NCBI GenBank assembly: GCA_013265495.1
Contig: MU058636.1
Coordinates: 4,995,741 to 5,059,740 of the forward strand
Reading direction: 5' to 3'
DNA length: 64,000 bases
From: Vicugna vicugna
Taxonomy: Eukaryota
Under the pieces are notes generated by a model. The model saw only the letters and a list, made by a program, of their open reading frames with translations, was not told the origin of the DNA and ran no database searches. The position numbers were made by a program, and so were the translations under genes. Positions 13,415-25,799 of the stretch are shown here, in pieces. The stretch's first letter is position 1, and each line of letters begins with the position of its first letter.

Positions 13415-13628
13415 TTTTAATCATTCCTGGCTGCACATTAGCATCTTCACCTGTGAAGCCTTAATAATGTCCAGGCTTTAACCCAGACCAGTTGATCAGA
13501 ATTTCTGGCAATAGTAGAGTCCAGGCATGTGTTTTTTTTGTTTTTGTTTTTGTTTTTGTTTTTGTTTTTGTTTTTCTTTTACAGCTTTAGATGTCATTGT
13601 AATGAGCAACCAGAGTTGAAAAGTACTT
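13415..13628. mobile_element. MER5-like hAT-Charlie MITE, interrupted by (TTTTG)n at ~13533-13575
   Basis: ctggctgcacattag...cacctg...cccagacca...atcagaat...ccagagttgaaaagtact resembles MER5A. Confidence 0.6.
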
Positions 13629-14082
13629 TTTTAGAAAAATGATGAAAGAAATAGTAGAGATGAGTCAGGTCATATTATGGGGGCTTTCAATACTAGGCTG
13701 AGGCATTGGTTTAAAATTTTAAAAGAAATCTGTGCAGTGCTGTCCATAGTACCTTGAACATTGGAGCTTTTTGACAATCCCTGATTATCACATTTTATGT
13801 TCAAGTCTAGTATTGTGGCTGACTCATTCATTTAACTATTGTGTCATTTGTTAGAGGTACCAAAATCAATAGTATAATTTGAGTTCTTACTCCTAGAGTA
13901 CCCAATTTGTATATAAAGCAGAAATTAGCTTTTGCTTATCAAGGCTTCATCACATTATTGAACTCCATTATGAATCTGGTGGATGTAGGTGAACTGACTC
14001 TCCTTTTGAAGATTTAGTGCATATTTTTTCTACAGAGAGCTTAATCAGTACCATCATACATAATTCTCTCTTTACTCTAGGC

Positions 14083-14145
14083 CTGCACATTAGCATCTTC
14101 ACCTGTGAAGCCTTAATAATGGCCAGGCATTAACACAGACCAGTT
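14083..14145 (+). repeat. 63-bp direct copy of 13431-13493
   Basis: 60/63 identical, ungapped. Confidence 0.95.
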
Positions 14146-14511
14146 CTATTAGTATCTGTTCTTAAAAATCACGAAGAGTTTTTTTAAGGGCCTCAAGTAG
14201 GTTTGATGTGAGTTTTTGAATTTGACTTTGAATGGAAATAAGCCTCAATTGTAGGTGGGGCCACAAATTTTTAATCAGACTTTGGAGTGAATTTTCATGT
14301 AGGGGAGTACTTTTTTAATGTAATTTGAGATGATTAGAACATTTAAGATAACATTTAATTTTGTGACAAATAAAACATTTTTATGTATAATTTATCAGCT
14401 GAATGTATGAAAGGTTTCCTGTGGAATTGGAAGTTAAGGGAAATAATGGGAAAAATTATTCTGACTATATCTGCCTTATGGTTTTAAAGCTGCGGTTGTG
14501 TTTTCTTTTAG

Positions 14512-14627
14512 AGCAATGATAATGAGGAACGCCTACAAGTTGTTAAACTACTGGCAAAAATGTTTGGGGCAAAGGATTCAGAATTGGCCTCTCAAAACAA
14601 ACCGCTCTGGCAGTGTTACTTGGGCAG
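14512..14627 (+). CDS. PDS5B: PDS5B exon 9 (116 nt), SNDNEERLQ...WQCYLG(R)
   Basis: cttttag|AGC acceptor, AG|gtatat donor. Confidence 0.97.
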
Positions 14628-16339
14628 GTATATGATTTTGGTGTCCTGTTTAAAAGTAATGTATGTTTACGCCTACTTATTATTTTAAAACAACATCCAC
14701 ATTTAAGATCATTCTCTGTAATTATAATGAAATGAAAGGTTTTAGATTTTGAAATTTCTAAATACTGAAAGTGATTGGCCATATTTATGATTTCCCCTTT
14801 TCTTCTTATTTTGTCTTCAGTAATTTTTAAAAGATGATATATTTAAAAAGCTATCTCACAAAGTATTATAATCACAGAATTAAACTGTATTGCCTAGCAG
14901 TGGTTAATTCCAACTGAAAATATATCATTGTGAGATATAGCCCCTCCAGAAAATAGTTATATTGAGTTAGATTATTTGGAGATATTTTAAAGATAAGGGT
15001 ATCCACAGAATGAATAAATAAATGATTATATATGTTCCTCTTACTAACCTCTTTTTTTTACTTTTCTCATGAGAAAGAGGAAATGATAACCTGGATTTCT
15101 TGTATGCTTTTAATGATCCACAAACCTCCTGAAATTGGTTGTAGAATTTTGAGTGTGTTTGTGTATTTTTTCTGTAAAAAGAGTTCACTGCATTTTTAAA
15201 GGTGTCCTTGATCTGGAATATGTTAAAACCATCACCAAGTACCCTGGCTGAAGCTTACTTTGACCCTGAAGATAAAGGAGGATTTTTTCCCCCCTGCTTT
15301 TTTGTTATTATGCTCATGACAAAAATACATAATACGTTATAAATAAACAGATGCATAGGATTTAGAGATTCATATTCTATTTTCTTTAATATTTACGTAT
15401 TTGCATTGTCATCATCACTTTTCTTTCCATTTCATTACCAGAACTATCAATGATTGTGATTAGTTTTGTCTCTTGGTCTTGTTTTTCTAATTTGTTAAAT
15501 GAAGCTATAAGCCTTTGTAAGTGCTTGTTAAGCCATAAATTCTTACCCTGATTTCTTATCTATTATATAGCTCAATAATATTTAACAAGGTGTGTTAAAC
15601 TAATAAAAATCAGTCTGTCGTCATTTTGAGTTAGATTTCTAGACTTTTTCCCCTTAAATACAATGGAAAGTTCGAGGGCAGTAGTGCAAAATGTTTTAAT
15701 TAAGTTGTGTAAGTAAAATTAAAGTCTGTTTTATTTAAAGTGTTAGAACAAAAATACAATTTTATATATAGACATTTAATATATCTTTAAATCAGGACTT
15801 GGCTCAGCCAGACTTTATTTTATAGGTTTTTAAGAGGAAAAATCCTAATTTGAACTTGTTACCTTTCTATTATATTGTAATTTTTCCTTTTATTACTAAT
15901 GACATAAAGCTTGCACATTATTCCTAATGTTAATGAGCTAGAGTAATTTTTAAAGATGTTTTATAATAGTTATATAGTATGTGTTTAGTTGAGAGTGATA
16001 AAGTATACAGGAATTGAGTACCTGGATTCAAAACACTCAGGAAACTATATGAGACCAGAGGCTAGATTTTATAACTTTTTTGGGGTGTACTTCATAGAGC
16101 AGTTTTTTTCTTCCTAATAATCAGCTTTTATGAGTAATTTTTTGCTCATTTAGAAGACTTCTTTTTTCTTTTTAGTGCTAAATTTTGTACTGAGTGATGT
16201 GACATTTGGAAACATTTTGATCTTCTAGAATTAAGACAGGAAAATATTGAATAGAAAATTCTTGCTTCACTTTAATATTCTTGTTTGTTACTTAAGAGAT
16301 TTTTTTGTAAATCATTGTTTTGTACTCCTTAATGAATTT

Positions 16340-16690
16340 ACGTATGTAGGCTTTAAGTATCAGTGGTTTAGAGACAGCTAGATATCATGTGCTTCCTGAT
16401 GAAGAAACACAATGCCATTATCAAGGAGTCTTGCTAAAACAAATGCACCTCAACATGATCAGGTCTCTAGACTGGCTACTAATTTGCAGGATTTAGGAGA
16501 GAGGGGAACTTTTTAATTGACATCAGAATGATACAATTCGCAAACTCTAAAGTGTGGAAAAACACTGCACACACAGAAACAGAAACAGTTGCTTCATCAA
16601 ATTACAAGGGGGGAAACGAAAGAGAGGGGAAGTAGAGGAGTGAGAGAATTAAATGACATATCAGCCGAAGAGGTTTAATTGTTCAGAGAT
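16340..16690 (+). mobile_element. Old L1 (L1MC-like) 3' UTR fragment
   Basis: Recalled similarity; a related antisense copy lies at ~49300-49500. Confidence 0.45.
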
Positions 16691-17281
16691 ACATACTAAG
16701 GTCTTCACATTTCCATATAAACATTTGCTTTGATACTAGTGCAAATAATTAGTGCAAATGATGATTAACTAGATAGATAAGAGTCATTTGAGCATGATTT
16801 TAGAGTTATGTGAAATAATACAGAGTTTAGTGCAAGATCTACCAAACATTTGTGAATGTTTAAGAAAGAATACTTCTAGGAAATGTTTTCTTTTCAGTTT
16901 GGGATTTATATAATTTATCAGTGAACTATGTATACACATATACTTGCATAAACAGATATATTTGAAAGTATAATTTTTAGAGGAAGAATTTCATCATTCC
17001 AGTTCTTGCATATAAGCCAAATGTGTACTGTTTAAACATGCTCCTTAAAGGTACATACTTCTCACAAGAGATTGTCATAGTTTAATACAGAGGTTCCAAA
17101 GCATTCATACCTATGTCATATGTCAAAAACTATCTTAAAATAGTCTGGCTTCACTTTGAATTAACCTGCATAAATTGTTTTCTCTTTTAATTGGAGAAAT
17201 AAATATAAATTGAGTGCAGATTAAACACAGATCTGTTTCTCTTATTTTAAATATTACTCTGTGCTTTTATATTTTTATCAG

Positions 17282-17376
17282 GTTTAATGACATTCATGTA
17301 CCAATCCGCCTGGAATGTGTGAAATTTGCTAGCCATTGTCTCATGAACCATCCTGATTTAGCAAAGGACTTAACAG
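17282..17376 (+). CDS. PDS5B: PDS5B exon 10 (95 nt), FNDIHVPIR...AKDLT(E)
   Basis: tttatcag|G acceptor, CAG|gtacta donor. Confidence 0.97.
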
Positions 17377-18186
17377 GTACTATGTACCCCAACAGCAGAT
17401 GTTCCTAGATGCTCTTTGGTGAAAAAAATGGTTTTATACATAGGAAAAAATCCTTTTTGGGGGGTGTGTATGTGTGTGTGTATGTATGATTATGATAGGT
17501 GAAGTCTTCTTGCTTCAGCTCATCATCATGGAAGTTACTCCCTGAGGCTAGAAGTTTTACCTCCTAGCACCTATATAAAAAGTAGTATTATCAGAGGTAA
17601 TACTGATTTCTTAGTTAAAGAACAGTTCTAGAAATATTTCAGGCATTTGGATTTGAGTAAGTCTTGACTTTGAATAGATTATGAGGCTTTAATGGTCTTT
17701 AATATTTTGAGAACTTAGGTGAGAGCCATTAGTTTATAAACTAACCATGCTTAATGGAGATAACTTTTCTTAAATCTGTATATTTATAAGCTATTTCAGA
17801 ACTTTGCATTTTTATAGTACTGAGAATATCATGTATCTGACTATTGCTGTTCTGTTAAATTTTTTAAAATTATGAAATATTTCAGAAAATACAGATCAAT
17901 ATAACAGCCTCTGTCTTCCTCAGAAATGTTAGTTTTGCTGTATTAGCTTAGGAGATTTTTAAAAAAGGTATTAATTGTAGATGAGGTTGAAATGCTCTTC
18001 ACAAACTATTCTCTTTCCTACCTCTACAGAGGGTAACCTCTCTATTAAATTTGGTCTATATCCTGTTCATGTGTTTCTGTCTATGCCACATGTGTATCTG
18101 TCCAGGAATTATACATATAGTATTGTTTTTTCAAACATTTTAAGTGTTAAAGTTCCATTTTAATCAAATAAAAATTTATCTTTCAG

Positions 18187-18332
18187 AGTATCTTAAAGTG
18201 AGGTCACATGATCCTGAGGAAGCTATTAGACATGATGTTATTGTGTCTATAGTCACAGCTGCTAAAAAGGATATTCTTCTGGTCAATGATCACTTGCTTA
18301 ATTTTGTGAGAGAGAGAACATTAGACAAACGG
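18187..18332 (+). CDS. PDS5B: PDS5B exon 11 (146 nt), [11 protein letters not shown]...TLDKR
   Basis: ctttcag|AG acceptor, CGG|gtaagt donor. Confidence 0.97.
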
Positions 18333-20352
18333 GTAAGTAGGAATAATTATGATCATTAGTAGGTTTTCATTTTGAGTACTTGAAGTTTAATGGTATTTCA
18401 TTTGAAAACACTGAGATTTAAAATTAACTAGCCCTTTTGGGGGAAGCATTTTAATATTTAAAATAATATTTATGAGGAGGTTTTACTTTTTGTTACATTA
18501 AATTTTATAGTTTTTCTTTATTAGTATCATTTGTTCTTATCCTCAGAATGGGACAACTCTAAATGGTATAGTAGTCAGATATTTAAACTATATACTAGTT
18601 TTCGTAAGTGACTTTTGTAAAGGCCTCCAACACTTCTCTTTCATCTTTTCTCTTTTTCCTTTCGTATGGGTATCAGTTGGTATTCCTCCAGCTGACTGTG
18701 TTATAATTTCTGTGGAATAGAAAATAAAAGATATTTTTAACTTGGCAAAGCTAAACCCAACAAAGCAGCATGCTTCTAGCCTATCTTCTATGACCCTGCA
18801 CCTTCCTTCTTGAGCATCCAATAACTCCACTCATTAGTCAGTGGCTTCTGAAGAGAGGACTGTCTTGTTATGTTTGTATTCCATGTTGCCTGGAATGTAT
18901 TAGGCATTCAGTAAGTGTTTCAGTGAATATTCATTCTCTCCTCCTCCCATTGCCTTTCCTTCATGGCATGGATTTCTCAGACTTAGACTTGAGAGTAATT
19001 TGGTGAAGGATGAAGATCTTTGAGGTATTTAGGGATTAATTAGCAACGAAAGTGGGAGGTCTGTTGATAGCTATGAATCTAACTAGGTAAATACAGCATT
19101 TTCACAGTTGTTTATAAGATCAAGTGTGCTTCTCCATCATTTAATTATCTCTTTGTAATGCTGGTTGTGGATAGAGAATAGATGGACAGGAATTGGACAG
19201 TTTTCCCTCCAAATCTGTAGATACTCAGAACAACTTATTTTAATTGATTAATTTAGACTTGTGTTTATAGAATATTTCACTGGAGTATTAAACAGTGAAA
19301 AGGCCAAAAGCTATAAAGAAGGAAAAGGAGATTTGCATCATGGTAGGGTAATAGTCTTCTAAGTGTTGATGTAATCTTTTTCTTACTTACACTTAGAATT
19401 TAAGCTAAGTGTTTGTGTATTATTGGAATCATAATTCACGTATATTTTTGATCATCATGTTGTGTTCATCGTAGGGCTACTTTGTTTATTCATATAAATA
19501 TTAATTGAAAACCAAGAAAATTGAATATATTTATGTTATTGACAGTATTAGAATATGGTCTATTTTTAAATTCTCCCTAAAGCAGCAGTTTGGGGAATTA
19601 GAGTTAGAAATAGGGAATTAGAAAGTTTTTACAAACAAATGGAATTCTTATTTTATGAGTAGAGCTTTTGAAGTCTTTTATTTCAATATGTATATAGTGG
19701 ATGGATGAAATAAGGACTATTCTTTATCTACTGTAATTAATTGACAAAAAAAAAAAACCAAGGGAAGAATGTTGCTATGAGTGACAGACTGCAAAGGAGT
19801 AGTTTTGCATATTCAAGAAGTTCTAAGTATTACTAACATCCTATTGATTATAGTGCCGTGTTTATGTAAAATTTAACAGTAGACTCATACCAAGATAAGT
19901 AATTTAGATGCACTATAGCAGATATGTATTTATTTAAAAAATAGTTGAATACATTTCTCTTATACTTTGACTTGATTACCAAATATTACAAAATGAACCA
20001 CTGATGTGTCTGTACATTCAGCAAAATTTGGTAACATGCTTTCCCTCACTAATTCTAAGTGACATTATGTAGATTGTGCTTGACTTTTGTTTTTAGGGGT
20101 AGGTGATGGGTGTAAGTTATCAAAGCATTAAAATTCTTTATACATGTTAATATGTGCCTGCTTGATTGACATGGTAGATATATTAAAATGATAGTTATGT
20201 TTTTTCATATAGTCATTATAAATTGATACTCAGTAATTGAAGGTTGGAAATATATTGTGTAAGGTAAATAAAAAACTAGAAAACTAGACTTTCCTGAATT
20301 AATACAATGGAAGCATTTTTAAATTATAAAAAAATTTTGTTTTTATTTTAAG

Positions 20353-20504
20353 TGGAGAGTGCGCAAAGAGGCAATGATGGGACTTGCCCAGATTTATAAG
20401 AAATATGCTTTACAATCAGCAGCTGGAAAAGATGCTGCAAAGCAGATTTCATGGATCAAAGACAAATTGCTACATATATATTATCAAAACAGTATTGATG
20501 ATAG
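20353..20504 (+). CDS. PDS5B: PDS5B exon 12 (152 nt), [10 protein letters not shown]...QNSIDD(R)
   Basis: attttaag|TGG acceptor, AG|gtaagt donor. Confidence 0.97.
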
Positions 20505-21757
20505 GTAAGTTAATCACACCACATGTAAAATATTTGGTGCTTTTGGTATTATATAACTGTTGTTGATCTGTTGTTTTAGGCAAACTATTTTCTTTATAAC
20601 TATAAACTCCTTCCTCAGTTTTTATTGTGAGTTACTGATAATGAGTAGCTGGTTTTCTTCCTACCAAAGCCATTAATGAAGTAGTAATGTACATATAACT
20701 TTTAAGGATGGATACAGCTTTTATGGTCATTTTTGTGTAATTTTTTTTTTAACAAAGTAGTATTTAAAAGTAGGAATGCATGTAATTATGATTTAAATTT
20801 TGTTTCATAGATAATAAAGATCTACATTCATTTTTTTTAATAAAAATTTTTGAAATAAAATTCTAATAAATATGCACCCTTTGGATTTAGGCATTTTATA
20901 TGAAAACAATTCCAACTCAAGGCTGAAAAATTATTTATTTATTTTAATTTTAACATTATCTGCATTTAATCTTTGTATTTTTCTGTTCCAGTGTAAGGTT
21001 AGATCTTGTATGGAACCTAACCATTAATAGTTAATAGACCTGTTAAGTCCTGCCTACAGTTTGAATTGATTTGATAAATTTTTAGTGGCATCCAAATGAT
21101 CGTGCCTGTAACAAGTGAAAATGAGAAAAAAGAACCAAAAAGAAGAACCAAAAGAACATCTTACAGTTTTAAGATGTATAAGAACTAGAAACCAAGTATC
21201 TTAAGGTTGATATTATCTAAGAAATTTCTTATTGATTTATTTATAAAATTGACGTTTTTTAGACTTTTCGAGTGTGTGGCACCATTGCACAGAGATTTGT
21301 ATTATAGCACTGCCCCCTTCCCCCTTTTTGTATTTCTCACCAGGTCTTTTTTCATGATGGTCAGTATGAAAACTCAGAAGAATCTTAAACATTTCTTTAT
21401 AGTTTGAGTTTATAGATGATTAGAATTTGTCACTTGGAAGGTTCTGGTGTAGTTTTTAACCCTTTATTATTCAAACAAGGGAATCGAGTCCTTAGTGTAT
21501 AACTTGCCCAAGGTTATGCAGAGGTAGTTACCTTAGCTGGATGTAAGGCTGTTTACAGTGCATCCATCATGGGGTTTTTTTGTTTGTTTGTTTTTTGCAC
21601 TCTTATAGAAAGAAATCTTTGATTTGGAAATCTCATCTCCACTCAGAAAGAAGCTCTTTTATAAAATGTGCTTTTTTATGTGTTTTGGAATTTTACATAC
21701 AGTTAATACATACATTTAAAGAAATCAATTCAGTATCTTCTCTATGTTCTTTTGTAG

Positions 21758-21871
21758 ATTGCTTGTTGAACGGATCTTTGCTCAGTACATGGTCCCCCAC
21801 AATTTGGAAACTACAGAACGGATGAAATGCTTATATTACTTGTATGCCACACTGGACTTAAATGCTGTGAA
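21758..21871 (+). CDS. PDS5B: PDS5B exon 13 (114 nt), [10 protein letters not shown]...DLNAV(K)
   Basis: ttttgtag|A acceptor, AA|gtatgt donor. Confidence 0.97.
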
Positions 21872-22741
21872 GTATGTTTCCAATGTCAAATCCTGTTCTT
21901 TCCGTCTTTTACAGTATACTGGATTGTATGGAAAAGAAAGCACAACTGTGTTTTAAAATGTCAACAATTTATGTAATACAAACATTGTTTTAAATGATCA
22001 GGCACAATAAAATACTTGGGTATTTTTTCAGAAGTACTGCTATTAACATGAAATTAACCAGGATTTTTGTAAGTGCTTAAAAAACAGAACTAGTTGATAT
22101 GGAATCTTTTAGGATTTATTTTTTTCTCTCTCCATATCTTAATAATGTTTCAAGAAATATTGATGTACTTTTTGTTTTTATTTGTGTTTTCCTTAAGGCA
22201 TTAGAAAGGCTAATATGAAAATTCTGCTTGCTTATTTTCACCTGATACTGATTTGAATTATGGTGTAGGGCAGTAGTGTACATATTTGTGTGCTGCACAG
22301 TTTCAACATTGTGTTGTAGTTTGGCATAAGGGTAAGCACAAATATATTTTTATGACTGTTTCATTCAAAAAATGCTTTTGAATGCCTTTGTAGGGAGTTG
22401 GCATTTTGGACATGCAAGAGACATTGCCCGTTGAATCATACTGAGGATTAGGAAATTGAAGCCTAGAGATTGATTTCCTCTAGGTTTCAGAAAATGTAGA
22501 TCCTTAGTATTCCAGTAAATGTAGTTACAGCTAATGGGAATTAAATATTCAGAAATTAGAAGACTAAGGAGCTGTATGTAATTTTCATTCCTACTAGTTT
22601 GGCACTTTTTACTTAATTTCCCCCATGGGTATTATTATATGTGCTATTTATATCTTTCATAGATATATTGAGGAAAACTTTGCAGGAGGAAATATGTGTA
22701 TTTCTTGATATACACTGTACTTCAGGCACAGGAATTTGTGT

Positions 22742-22863
22742 TACCTATGACTGCTTTTGTGCTGCAGTGGCAAAGTTGAGTAGTTTCAGCAGAGACTGTA
22801 TGACCCACAAACCTTATAATATTTACTATCTGGCCTTTTACAGAAAAAGCTTGGCAAGTCCTA
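22742..22863 (-). mobile_element. MER58A-like hAT-Charlie fragment (5' half)
   Basis: aatatttactatctggccttttacagaaaaag and gttgagtagtt match the recalled MER58A consensus. Confidence 0.75.
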
Positions 22864-23975
22864 GTATAAGTGGTATTTTTTTCCTGTTTTACACGTGATG
22901 AACTGAATCCCACAGTGGTCAATTAACTTGCACATAGATATATAGGCAATAACAGACAAAGCCAGAATTTGAACTCACTTCTACTTGGTTCCAAAGTTCA
23001 TTCTTTTTCCACTGCAGTATAGTAAAATAAGTTACCAGTATATTTAATTGATTGTAAAACGAATTGAAATGCATCCTTTTCTTCATGGTGTAATTGATGA
23101 CCCCTTAGAATGGATGACTGATAGATACATACAGATATAGATATATATTTCATATATATATATATATTCCATTTGAAACAACCTATTTGAAATCACAATC
23201 AGTATATACTCCTTGACTCAGCTCAGCTGTCATTCAGGGGTAAAAATGAATTAAAGACACTTTCCAGCAAAAAATGAGAGTTAACCACTCATAGATCGTA
23301 CTTGAAAGAATTGCTAAAGAATAAAAAAGGATGTTAAATCCAGAAGAAAGGAATAGGATAAAGTTTTCAAGTGGTGGGAGTATGGATTAAAAAGTAGTTT
23401 AGCATGTAGGCTGAAACTTAGCCAGCATACGCAACTGTAATAGTACATGAGCTCTCTTGAGAGTCCCTGGGACACGCTGCCCCATGCCTGGGTGGACCCT
23501 ATCAGATAACAACATGTAAGATGGCAGGTAAAATGTTCTAAGGGTCTTTTATCATATAAGGGTGAGGATGGACACGTTGATTACTTAGACCATGAATCAA
23601 GTGTGAGTATTAAAAATTTGAGTCACCCTTAAAAAATAAAATTTGACTGTATAGCTTCCAAACCCATAGGAGCAAAAAATTAATGAAAACTAGAAATAGA
23701 AAAAGAGAAGAAAATAATTATAAGTAGAATATAGAAAACATAAATAGCAGATACAACTAAATATTTTTATTAGATATCTTCGCTTAAATGACAAGCACAT
23801 TTGATTGAATTAAATAAAAATGGTGACATAGGAAATACACTGAAAAATAATGCCATGGAAAAGTTGAAAGTAAATTCCAACCTGTGGAGCAATTGATTCT
23901 ACAGAAATAGTTGGTGAGTGAGTGAATATTTACTTGTTTTAAGTTAAATTACATAAGATATATATAATATTTTTA

Positions 23976-24026
23976 TTTTTATTTATTTTTGTTTTTTTTG
24001 TTTTTTTGTGATTTTTTTTTTGTGTT
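23976..24026 (-). mobile_element. Poly(A)-only retro-insertion with 23-bp TSD-like flanks
   Basis: T-rich 51 nt between ataagatatatataatattttta (23953-23975) and ataagttatatataatattttta (24027-24049). Confidence 0.6.
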
Positions 24027-24169
24027 ATAAGTTATATATAATATTTTTAAATGATTTTTTATTTTAACCAACTTTTGGGAATTAACTAACCCAACTATAC
24101 ACCTAATACTTATCAACATTTTATTACTTTCACTTTACATTTATCTGTGGTTATTTTCTCCAAAAGTCT

Positions 24170-25080
24170 TTACATTTATTATTATGAAATATTTAATACA
24201 TGCAAAGAAATCAAATATAAGTTTTGAGGCATAGTAATAAAATAAAAATATCTGTGAATCCGCCACCCAACTTGTGAGCTCTTCTACCTTTCATCCTCCT
24301 GCCTTCCTCCCAGAGGAAACCACTAGCCTTAATTTTGTGTTTCTCATTTCTTTTTAAGAAATTGTTTCATCATATGTTTGTATATATATAATGTTATATC
24401 CTTTAATAATAAATGATATATTTTTGCTTGTTTTTGAACTTTATGAAAATGGAATAATTGTGGATATAGTCTTCTGTGATTTTTTTTTCCCACCACTCTA
24501 TTACATTCCTAAGCTTCTTGTATACTATATATATATATATATATAACTTGTGGGTCATTCATTTTCACTGTGGTATTGGATTACATTATGTCATTATGTC
24601 ACAATTTTATTCCATCATCTTGACATTGGAAATATGAGTCAATGGAAAGCTTGGACATTTGTGTTGTTTCCATTTTTTTAGTAATACAAATAGTACTACT
24701 GTGAACATTTTTCGATTTAGTATACATACACAAGGGTTTCTCTAAGGTGTGGTTATGAATGGTTCTCACATTTGGCTGCATATTTGTCTGAAGTGTAGTA
24801 GGGCATTGGAGTTTTTAGGAAAGTGTTTCTGGAGATTCTAATGGGCAGTCAGGGTTTGGGATTGCTAGTCTACAGGTACGGGTGGATTGGCTGAGCATGC
24901 ACATTTTCAGCATTATAAACTGGTGTCAAACTATTTCCCAGTAAGATTACTCTAATTTATACTCTTACTAGTGTTTTGTAAGTTTCTACATCCTCCTAAA
25001 CATCAGGTGTCTTATTTTTTGTCAATCTTTTGTGTATCAAATTTTGTCTCATTTTCCCCCCCATTTTTGTGAATACTAAT
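24170..25080 (-). mobile_element. Old L1 (L1ME-like) 3' fragments with a nested MER5-like piece (~24760-24870)
   Basis: cctcccagaggaaaccact, gttgtttccatttttt, caaactatttcccag-type antisense L1 3' motifs. Confidence 0.55.
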
Positions 25081-25217
25081 AATATTGATGTTTTTGTTAG
25101 TTTCTAATTTCACTATATTCCTCACCACTCTGTATTATAATAGCTGTCCTACTTTAATCGTTTACATTACTATTCTAGCCGAGAAAGTCATTTGAATTTG
25201 TGGCCTCTAATTAGTTT

Positions 25218-25799
25218 TTTTTTCCTTTTTTTATTCCTTTTTTTGTTCCTTTTTTTCCCTTTTTTCTTTTTTTAACAATGTAACTTTTATTAATTTATAA
25301 TCATTTACAATGTGTCAAATTCCAGTGTACAGCACAATTTTTCAGTTATACATGAAGATATATATATTCTTTGTCACATTTTTTTCTCTGTGTGCTAGCA
25401 TAAGATCTTGTGTATATTTCCCAGTGCTATACAGTATAATCTTGTTTATCTATTCTACAATTTTGAAATCCCGTCTATCCCTTCCCACCCTCCGCCCCCT
25501 TGGCAACCACAAGTTTGTATTCTTTCTCTATGAGTCTGTTTCTGTTTTGTATTTATGCTTTGTTTGTTTGTTTTTGTTTTTTTTTCTTTTTTAGATTCCA
25601 CATATGAGCGATTTCATATGGTATTTTTCTTTCTCTTTCTGGCTTACTTCACTTAGAATGACATTCTCCAGGAGCATCCATGTTGCTGCAAATGGCATTA
25701 TGTTGTCGGTTTTTATGGCTGAGTAGTAGTCCATTGTGTAAATATACCACATCTTCTTTATCCAGTCATCCGTTGATGGACATTTAGGCTGTCTCCATG
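25218..25799 (-). mobile_element. Young 5'-truncated L1 (cetartiodactyl/camelid-type 3' end)
   Basis: ttagattccacatatgag...ccatgttgctgcaaatggc...gatggacatttagg; patterned poly(A) tail; TSD taattagttt at 25208-25217 and 25800-25809. Confidence 0.9.

Noticed and set aside
20449..20451. Ser at ~434 (QISW), where I recall Ala in human
   Set aside because: A conservative change, and the human residue is from memory; unlikely to be camelid-specific.
24080..24140. Possible NUMT (C/A-rich, mitochondrial-looking)
   Set aside because: Too short, and I could not recognise a mitochondrial reading frame.
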